Source of the DNA: Chrysemys picta bellii
Taxonomy: Eukaryota
NCBI RefSeq assembly: GCF_011386835.1
Contig: NC_088792.1
Coordinates: forward strand, 148,180,001 to 148,244,000
DNA length: 64,000 nucleotides
Direction of reading: 5' to 3'
In this document: positions 55,401-64,000 of the stretch, in pieces
Layout: the number at the start of each line of letters is the position of its first letter
Position numbering within the stretch: the first letter of the stretch is position 1
The notes under the pieces: model-generated
Told to the model about the DNA's origin: nothing
The model's input: only the letters and a program-made list of their open reading frames with translations
Database searches by the model: none
Made by a program: the position numbers and the translations under genes

Positions 55401-58400
55401 GGGGTTGCATTCGCCCATGCTGTGGGATTAGCTCAGGGACAGTGCCCCCCTCCCTTCGCCCCAGCCATGGCTGACCCCAACCAAGCCCTCATTCCCCCCC
55501 CGCCCGAGCCTCTCTCTCTCCCTGCCCACTCTGCTCAGCTGAGGACAATGCTCAGGGTTCCTCCTGCCCACCCCTGACCCGGGGTCACCCCCACGAGTCT
55601 GGGGCGCCGAGACACCCCATGCTAATTTGGTCCCAGCCTTTCTCATAGGCCATGGCCTGGCGCCAGCACTGGGCCAGGGGGCATTTCCTGTGGGGGACCG
55701 AGGTGTCGGGAGGTCTGGCTGCTGGAGCGCGTCCCAGTCTCTGGGCGGGGGGGGGGGGGCGGGGAGGGAGGGTTTACGGGAATCAGCCATGTCACTATTG
55801 TTTGTTCCGGGCTCCTTTGATTGATGCCTGGAGGCAGCGAGAGCTGGAAAAACAAGTCACCAGGGTAGGGAATTCCCAGCGCTACCAGCGTGGGCTGGAC
55901 CGGGGGCCCTACAAGATGGGTTCAGTTCCTGGCTCTGCCGTGGACCCCCCCACGTGACCACAGACCAGTCACTGCATCTGGCTGGGCCTCAGCACCCAAC
56001 CTGCAATGGGATCCTTCCTCCTTCCATCCAGTCAGACCAAGCTCTCTGGGGCAAGGAGAGTCTCTGGGGATCTGGGCAGCGCCCGGCATGATGGGACCCT
56101 GATCTCGGGCAGGGTCTGGGCAGCACCCGGTACAAGGGGGCCCTGATCTTGGGCGGGGTCTGGCCAGCGCCTGGCCCGACGGGGCCCTGATCTCAGTTGG
56201 GATCTGGGCAGCGCCCCATACAAGGAGGCCCTGATCTCGGGCAGGGTCTGGGTAGTGCTTGGCACGACGTGGCCCTGATCTCGGTCGGGGTCTGGGCAGC
56301 GCCCGGCATGACGGGGCCCTGATCTCGGGCAGGGTTTCTAGGTGTGACTGGAATAAACACCCCTCCCTCTCCATGCAGTGGCAATAGCCCGTTAGGCAGC
56401 AGGGCAGATCTGGGGCGGATCGCAGCGGGGGCTGAAACAGGAGGATCGAAGGGGGTTTCGGAGCAAAGGAAATGCGGGGCTAGTGGCACGTGCTGAGTCC
56501 GTGCTGACGCAGGCAGGTGGGTTCAGAGGCCCACATACCAATGAGGGAATCAGTTGGGGGGGGGGCTGGATTTCTTGGGGAGCCTGGGGTGTGACTTTCC
56601 AGGCTACTGCAGGTGCTTGGCTCCTTGGAGACTCCCTGCCCTGCAGCCCCCACCCTGGGGGTGTCCTCCCAGCGGAGCAGCACCAGCCCCTCGCAGGCCA
56701 GGGGACGGGAAGGGGCACGACCTGCCCTGAGCAGCAGGGCCCCCGGCAGCCTGAGGATGGGGGACCCGGGGGAGGGGCAGAACAAGCCGCCTTTCCCCAC
56801 TCCCTGCAGTGGGGCAGAACAACAGATAAACCCACATGTGCAGGGGGCTATGCTCCCCAGGGAGTGGGTGCAGCCAGTGGGCAGAACCCCCTTTGTCAGG
56901 CAGGGTCTTTCTCCACCCTGCTCTTGGTCAGTCCCATCATCCCTGCTCGGCTCACAACCAGGTCAAACAGACCCCCAGGCTGGCAGCAAACCCCAACCCA
57001 CTGATCTCGGGCGGGCACTGGGGATGTTGCTTTATTAGGGGTATTACGGTAGCAGGTAGAGGCCCCAGCTGAGATGGGCAGCCCACCATACAGGTGCTGG
57101 CCAGACACAGCCAGAGACACCCCCTGCCCCCAAGAGCCGAGAGCCTCATCAGAGAATAGAGACAAAGGGCCATTATCCCTCTTTCACAAATGGGGAAACT
57201 GAGGCCCAGAACAATTCAGTGACTGGACCAGCATCTGTGCAGAGCCAGGAATTCACCTGGCTCTCCTGAGGCCCAGTCCAGCCCCTGATCTGCCAGGCCA
57301 CCGTGTGAATCTCTTTGTGAAGCTCAGAGCCCTTGACACTGACACCAGCCCCCCTGATCTAACAGGGCTCATCCCAGTGGCTCGGGATCCTGATCCCGCA
57401 TCACACATGGGGAAACCGAGGCCCAGAGCAGGGGAGGGACTTGCCTGAAGTCACCCAGAGAGGCAGAGCCGGGAATAGAACCCAGGAGTCCTGCCTGCCA
57501 GCACAGTCCGGTGGGAAAGCGCCAAGTCCTGTGATGGCTGCTCAGAGCAGCATGTCCCCAGGGAGCCTTGAATAATTTAAATTTCACACACCAGCCCTCT
57601 CCCTCCCCCCAGCAGGATGTCCAGCAGCCCTGGGCTAGGCTGAGCCCCCCAGGAGGCAGCCAGGGCCAGCCTGCTTGCTCCTGTCCCTCCCCGTTCTTTG
57701 GCTTAGGGCCGTGCAACACCCAGCCCCACGGAGGCCCCAGTCTCAGTCTGGGCTCCTGGGCACCAGGGGATTAGCAGCGCTGGTGGGCACAGCAGATGGC
57801 AAATCCCCCTGCCTAGAGGAGGCCGGCCAGCGCATGGCTGCCACTTGGGGTGGAACAAGGCTTTAAAAGTGGAAGCAACTGAGGGGAGGAGGGGCGGGGG
57901 GGGGGCAGTTCCCACAGCCCCTGTTCCTCTCTGCAGTGCTAAAGGAAACGAAGCTCCTTAGCCACAGGAGCACGCTATCTACCCACATCCCCAGGGCCAG
58001 GCTCCCGGGGTCCCATCTGCCATCGCCCACCCAGCCGGGGGCTAAAGCTGAGCCTTTTGCACTGGGGGGGGGGAGGAGAGGCTGAGCCCCGGAGTTGAAA
58101 CCAAGATACGGGCCTCTCTGCACAGAGGTTTCCTGTTGCCTTTTGCAGAGAGGGGGAGGGGGGAGGAGGGGCTGAGCCTGGGCTGTTTGGTGGAGCTGCC
58201 CTGCTGGTTCCCAGGATCGGGCCCTGCAGCCCGCAGACAAACACCCAACTCCCTGCGAGGGAGGGGGGCGGGTGCCTCCGAGAGACCCGGGTGCAGTATT
58301 TACAGCCCAGCGCACGGCGGCTGGAGTCCACGAGCCAGACCCCTGGCTGGCGCACATCACACAGCTGGCTCGCCCAGGCTGGCCGCACGATGCCACATCT

Positions 58401-60564
58401 GGAACACCAAGGCGGGTACGGGGCAATAGCCCAGCCCTTCCTCAGAGGAGAGCTGCCAGACCCCGCTCCCCGCAGACCCCCCCACTCCACAGGCCCTTCC
58501 TCATCTCCCCCAGGAGGGGCTGGGGCCAGGACCGGCTGCCTGCCAAAGCAGATTAACCCTGTAGGGACTGTCACATGCACCAGCATGGCCTTTGAAGGCC
58601 TTTCTTCCGTGCATCAGAGTGGGTGAGACAGAACCACAGGCCTCCCTAGGATCTGCCCCAACAGCTGGGGGTCACTATGGGAGATCCAGGGGGCCTGACC
58701 CCTACATCTGGGGCGCACTCAGGCTCCCTGACCCCTGGGGAAGGGGTTTGCAAGGGGAGCTAAGGCACAGGCAAGCTGCCACCCATGGGTCCCTGCACCA
58801 GCAATCCCTCCCCATACCTGTGAGCAGCTGCTGGGCAAACTCCCCGATCTGTCGGGGCCAGAGATGCTACAGAGCCACAAGGGGGAAATCTCTGGGCTTG
58901 TCCACACTACAGTTGCAACCACATCAGGGCCCCAGCAGCCCAGGTGTGCTGTGGGTGTGCTCGTCCCGGGGGGACCCTGCGAAGGGAGGGGCGGCCTGGC
59001 AGCCTCAGTGGGCCTGCAGGCAGCACAGCTCTTGGGAAGCAGGGCGAAGTGAAAGCCCTCCCGAGACACGTCGTGGTGCCGTGACGCTGGCGAGCCTGAC
59101 ACAAGAGCTGGGGCTTTCGCACAGAGATAAACGGAGGCCGACAGCTGGGCAGACTCTTAGCTTAGGGCAAGGCCTTGAGGCGTCAGCTGGGGTGGTGCCC
59201 TCAGAGCAGCACGACCCCACAGCGCAGGAGCGATGGGAGCCTTACACCGGTACAGCCGAGGGCTGTCTCCCCGGGGAAACCGACCAGCACAGCTAGCGTG
59301 GATCACCTGCTTTCCCCCAGCGAGCTCCCTGAAGGGACACAGCCACTTTCCTCTGGAAACAACCTCAAGCAAAGAAAATCTTGCTCCACAAACCCTGAGC
59401 CTGCCAGGGCAAGGAATCTCTGCCAGCCCCTCCACACACACAGCAGGTCGATCGGCTCAGCGGTGGCCCCACCAACACTTTTTACTCTTTCTTTTAGAGG
59501 AAATGGGAGGGGGCGCCGGAGATATTTATTTATATCTATTTGTACATTGAATAAGGTCTGGGGGGGCATGGGAGGGAGAAGCACCGAGCTCAGGTATCAG
59601 GGGCCAGGCCACCTGGCAAGGTTGAGACACAAGGCCAAGGGCTTGGCCACACAAAGACATTTACCAGCCTAATTACAGCACTATAGTGACACCGGGCTAA
59701 TTCCCCACTTCAGTGCAAGGGTCTTTTCTTGGCTTAGCACTGAAGAGACAAACTAAACCAGAGCAAGCCCCTTTACACCAAAATCCGCGCGTCCACATAG
59801 GGTGTATAACCCATGAGGCAGAGCACAGGACTGGCACGTGGGAGACCTGAGATCTAGTCCCAGCTCTGCCACTGAAGTTCTGAGTGACTTTGGGCATGTC
59901 TCTTCCCTGCTGTGTGCCTCAGTTTTCCCCACTGGTAAAATGGGGTAAGGACACCGACCTGCTTAGTAAAGCACTGTGAGATCTACTGATGGAAAGCCCA
60001 GGAGGTTGCACCTAAGCCCTCCTAGCGGAGACAGCAAAAGAACTGGTGTAGCGCTTGGCGGATAGCCCAGCAAAACTGCCTGGTGTGGCCCAGGCCTGAA
60101 CTGGTTTAAGATCTCAGCACAGGTTGTCCCGGGGTGGCTGTGTGTACACAAAGCCTCTGCTGACTCCGATTAACTGGTAAACGATTGACTCGATGGGGAC
60201 AAAGGGTTGCCTGGAGCCGGGATCAGGATGTGGCCTTTGGCTTCTGGTTCACCCGGTCCGGCGTCCGGGAGGGGCTGGGCAGGAAGGCGCCTGTGGCGGG
60301 GCAGGCGACCGGAGAGCAGCGGGGGTTGCCACAAGCAGGGAGGAAAACGGGGAGATAGAGGAGGGCACAAAGTTCAGTTATGGAGGGCGGCACCGAACTC
60401 GGGTGGGGGGGTGTCAGGCACTGAACAGCATCATGTGCCCCCCCGGGCCAGCGCCCCACCGGGGCCCCGTGACCTCGCAGGGCCGTGGGCAGGGTACCGG
60501 AGTCCCCGCGTATAGAAACCGAAACTGCTGCCCGCGGCCGCCCGCGCCCTCCGCCGCTCACCAT
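52463..60564 (-). CDS. VAMP5: vesicle-associated membrane protein 5 (R-SNARE), 3 exons, 121 aa
   Basis: Exon 1 contributes only the ATG (60564-60562, GCGCCATG|GTGAG). Exon 2 is 53141-53004 and exon 3 is 52687-52463. Translation: M/VEEKLERCQKETEEVTQIMLVNYSKVLDREAKLSTLDDRADELRNM/SSTFSKTTKTVAQKKRWENRKYK, then a TM helix and a luminal tail. It sits next to RNF181, as in mammals. Confidence 0.92.
54831..55400. repeat. G-rich minisatellite in VAMP5 intron 1
   Basis: Many copies of GGGGTTGGGGT(G/A)C alternating with GGAGGGCAGG(G/A)ACTGGGC(A/G)TGC. Confidence 0.85.
56071..56334. repeat. 44-bp VNTR, six copies, VAMP5 intron 1
   Basis: Units start at 56071, 56115, 56159, 56203, 56247 and 56291. Consensus is about TCTGGGCAGCGCCCGGCATGACGGGGCCCTGATCTCGGGCAGGG. 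Confidence 0.9.
59815..59950 (+). mobile_element. MIR/CORE-SINE fragment
   Basis: ctctgccact..gtgactttgggcatgtc..tgcctcagttttcccc..gtaaaatgggg matches the MIR core. Similar remnants occur near 14920, 15700, 17145, 57190 and 57410. Confidence 0.7.
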
Positions 60565-61000
60565 GGCGCTGGCTCTCGGGAAGCCCCGATCCGCTCTGCC
60601 CGGGCCGGGGTCCTGCTACGCCGGGGGGTCCGACTCCACCAGTTGCTCCGGGGCCCTGGGCGCTGCCGGGCAGTCGGGGCTTTCCCAGCTGTGGACGGGG
60701 GGTCCCAGGCGGCTGCCTCCCAGCCTGCCCCACAGCGGCCACTGGAGAGGGGAGGGCGGGGCGGGCGAGGGGCCGAGAGGGGCAGGGCCACGAGAAGCGC
60801 CTGCCCAGAAAGGCAAGGAGCGCCCTGGAGCCGGCTCAGCCCAGTCCGCAGCGCACTTCTCTCTGCCGTCCTGGCGGCGTCACTCCGGAGTCACACCAAG
60901 GTCCCACACTGGGTCACTCCGGAGTCACACCAGGGGGCAGTGTTGGGCGCTGGGCTCTCAGCCTCTCTCTCTTTCTTTCTAGTCTTTTCACTTTCATTCC
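60430..61000 (-). promoter_or_regulatory. VAMP5 CpG island and promoter with an IRF element, a 20-bp direct repeat and a CTCF-like site
   Basis: CpG-rich around exon 1. TTTCACTTTC at 60986-60995. GTCACTCCGGAGTCACACCA at 60879-60898 and 60913-60932. CACCAGGGGGCAG at 60928-60940. Confidence 0.65.
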
Positions 61001-61124
61001 TGTCCTAAATCTATTCTGGAGTGAATCTGGCAGGGCAGGAAGGGGCCGGATCAGCAGCGGCAGAGGTGGACGTCTCTGGGTGATGGGCAGGGCAGTACGT
61101 GGGTTGGGTTCCATATCTGGCTCT

Positions 61125-61235
61125 GCCGCTGCCCTGCTGGGTGATCTTGGCCAAGTCCCCACCCCTCACTGTGCCTCAGTTTCCCTTTCTGCAATATGGG
61201 GATAATGACCCCTCCTTTAGTGAACTGCTTGGAGA
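61125..61235 (+). mobile_element. MIR/CORE-SINE fragment
   Basis: gtgatcttggccaagtc..tgtgcctcagtttccctttctgcaatatggggataatgac. Confidence 0.7.
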
Positions 61236-61959
61236 TCTGTGGATGGGAGCTCAAGACAGGCCTAATTCGGGGAGAGGATGTTTAGCCCCCAGCCCTGATT
61301 TGCTCCTGCAGCACCTTTGGGTGTGAATGCAGGGCTCAGCTGTCATGAACCCCAGAGGGATTCTTCCCTGAGCCTGGGGCACTGCCGGTGTAAGCTGTAC
61401 GCAGCAGGGGCCCGCTGGCTGCAGGTTGGAAGGGAGCTCAGAAGGGGAGGCTGCGAGGGACATTTGGGGGTGTGGTAGAGAGATGGGCAGGGATCTGGGA
61501 GGAGACAGCCTGACCCTGGCTCTGGGGAGAAGCAGGCGGCAAATGCTGCTTTGTATTTAATTGCCACTCCTGGGAATTGCTCACAGTTTCCAACCGGCTC
61601 GTTAGTTTCTTTCCATGTGCCCAGGTGAACACTGGACTCCCAGGCCAGCGCCGGGGAAGCAGGAAGGTGAGGGCAGGGTGTGTGGCCTTCTCCACGGCAT
61701 GTGGCAGAGGGAGCAGCGCACAGAAAACACTGCGCGTCAGTTACTACAGGCCACTGCTGCCCCACCTGGCTTCTCGGGGGGGCAGGTTGCATGGGGGGGG
61801 GAGGTGTCGATTTCTGGTGTCTCACTGCACGAAAAGCCCCCCCTTTCACTCTTCCAGTCCAAGTGCCTCGCCAAAGGCTCTGGAGGACACGAAGCAGTCA
61901 GGGAAAGAGGGAAGGCCCTGGATCAGTAGCTGTTAGACAGGAAACAAAGGGCAGGAGGT

Positions 61960-62870
61960 GAATGGCAGGGTCCCCTCAGACTGGGCTGTTCAACAAATTC
62001 ATTAATGATCTGGAAAAGGGCGTGATCAGTGAAGTGGCAACATTTGCCTATGAACTAATATTGTTCAAGACAGCTGAGTTCCGGGGGATCTACCTGGCCA
62101 GGGGACTGAAATTCAACATGTCGAGGTGCAAAGTAATGCACCTTGGGGGAAACAAGCCCAACTCCACAGAGATGGGATCTAGCTCAAGAAGGAGACTGGA
62201 GTCATGGGGCTAAAACTCCAGCTCAGTTCCCAGCAGTGATGAGAAAGACGACTAGGAACTACTAGCACAGGGATAGAAAATAAGACAAAAGTTATCACAC
62301 CCCCCACATCAATCCCTGGTGCTCCCACCCTTGGAATCCTGTGCCCAGTGCTGGTCGCCCCAGCTCCAAAAGGAGAGAGTGGAGCTGGCAAAGAGTCAGA
62401 GAAGGGGAACAAAGATGGTCAAGGGTGTGGAACAGCTTCCCTATGTGGCGAGAGTGCAAAGTTCAGAGCTGTTCAGCTTAGAAAAGAGACAAATATGGGG
62501 GATGGGCTAGAGACACATACGCCCACAAAGGGTGTGGGACAAGTGACTGGAGACATGTTATTTACCCTTTCCCACAATACAAAAACCAGGGGCCACCCGA
62601 TGAAATTAAGAAGCTGCAGGTTAATACAAACAAGAGGAAGTACTTCCTCACACAATTAATCTGTGGAACTCCTTGCCAGGGGATGTTGTGAAGGCCAAAA
62701 GTATAACTGGATTCAAAAAAGTATGAGATAAGTTCACAGAGGCTAGGTCCCTCAATGGCTATTAGCCAGGATGATCAGAGCCACAACCCCATGCTCAGGG
62801 TGATCTTAACCTCTGACTGCCAGAAACCAGGAGGAGAAGATGGGTGGATCTCTCCAGAATCGCCCAGTGC
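61960..62870 (+). mobile_element. old CR1 3' fragment, heavily degraded
   Basis: RT remnants FNKFINDLEKGV..SEVATFA, LELAKSQRRGTKMVKG and LFSLEKR, then a CR1-type 3' UTR. Confidence 0.85.
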
Positions 62871-63889
62871 AGTGAGCTCTGCCTGAAGCACTGGCCATGT
62901 CTCAGGTCATGCTGCAGGGGGCGCATTAAGGCCTTGCCAACACACAGAAGTGGCATTTGGGCATTCACACCAGGGAAGTGCATTGCATCCCCACACCAGC
63001 CCACGGGGTCAACGAGAGCGGGGTGCATTGCTCATTTCCGCTGTCATGTATTGCGGGATCCCAGCTCTGTGGTGTGGGGTTCCCATTGGTGGCACAGGGG
63101 ATGCTGGGAGCGGGAGGTTCAAACACCCATAACCCACTGGGCCAATGGCAGGAACGTTGGTGTCAGCCCTGTGGCTTTGGCACAGTTACACCTGAGATGG
63201 GGCAAATCTGTCACTGGTGCCAAATCCACTGATCCCCAGGCTGTTGCACTTGGGATCGCCCTGCCCCAGCGTGACGGTTGTTTACCGTTTAATTACCTAA
63301 TGGGAAGTGGGCTCTAACGAGGCCTCTCAGCTCCTGGGGGCCGGGGAGGTGGCTGGGGAGTTGCACACTTCCCTTCTTACGCCGTGATGGCGCAGCTGTT
63401 GCACAGCTCCTGCAGGGGCTGGCACAGGGCCCCGCGCTGGGAAGGTGGGTGGGGTGGGAACCGGTGCCCGGATTGTCTACAGCTGGTCTCAGTCAGCCTG
63501 GGCCGGCTTTCAGGCTCATGGAGCTGGGGCCAAGGCTTCAGCTTTCGTTACACAGTAATTAAGGCTCTAGCCGTGGTGCTGTAAAGAGCCGGCAGAAGGT
63601 GACTTGAGCAGAACTGATGCAGCCATGGGTCCCTGAGTCTGCAGGCAGCTACTGTGCAGGCCCCATTCCCCTCCCCCCGTGTTAACTCTGAAACCTAATG
63701 TTCACAGTGTAATTGGAGCTGTTCACTAGTTCACTGTAGATCGAATTCCATGACATAGGGGGGGGGGGGCTGATGATAGCAGCAAGAGCTGGGCACAGGC
63801 TAGGCCAGTGGCAGCTCAGGCTGGCAGCTTGGGTGTGTGGCACCTGATCAGTGATGAGACCTGGTCTATGGGTGACGCTGACAAGCATG

Positions 63890-63908
63890 CACACACACAC
63901 ACACACAC
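63890..63908. repeat. (CA)n microsatellite
   Basis: Direct reading. Confidence 0.8.
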
Positions 63909-64000
63909 CTGCGTCCCATTCCCCAGGGCTCCAGGCAGCAGATTTCCACATGAGGCAGCACCAGCTGAGTGACAAGGAATGGTCAGGTGCTGGCCCAGGC

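Noticed and set aside
54750-55577. 275-aa Gly/Val-rich repetitive ORF
   Set aside because: It is the translation of the G-rich minisatellite.
56071-56334. Regularly spaced repeats resembling a CRISPR array
   Set aside because: Head-to-tail units with no unique spacers, in a eukaryotic intron, with no cas genes.
59479-59560. Acceptor-like pyrimidine tract plus AT-rich patch suggesting an antisense exon or 3' end
   Set aside because: No partner donor, ORF or other support from the sequence alone.
62900-64000. VAMP8 last exon, or another MITE
   Set aside because: No SNARE or TM-coding sequence found. The possible Harbinger-like end near 62927 has no identifiable partner TIR.

Overview
GC-rich vertebrate genomic DNA, almost certainly from a turtle. 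This is inferred from the turtle-type CR1 LINEs and the abundant hAT and Harbinger MITEs. The window holds five spliced protein-coding genes in the same order and relative orientation as human 2p11.2: USP39 (-, exons 1-3 only, the rest lies left of the window), C2orf68 (+, complete, 166 aa), TMEM150A (+, complete, 271 aa), RNF181 (-, complete, 156 aa) and VAMP5 (-, complete, 121 aa). I rebuilt the exon chains by hand from splice sites and reading frame. Most long ORFs in the supplied track are GC-rich or low-complexity artefacts. Introns and intergenic DNA are rich in transposons: a frameshifted Buster/Charlie hAT, a 5'-truncated CR1 with an uninterrupted 783-codon ORF2, a young internally deleted Gmr1-like Gypsy element, a nearly intact two-gene Harbinger nested in a hAT element, solo LTRs and many MITEs with readable TIRs and TSDs. 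Less obvious signals are a U12-type last intron in TMEM150A, two degenerate minimal hammerhead-ribozyme motifs in a Penelope-like inverted repeat, an 89-bp near-perfect palindrome, a minisatellite made of CTCF-like motifs, a uORF whose stop overlaps the TMEM150A start (TAATG), and an IRF element upstream of VAMP5. I found no clearly new protein-coding system. The most novel candidates are non-coding or TE-derived.
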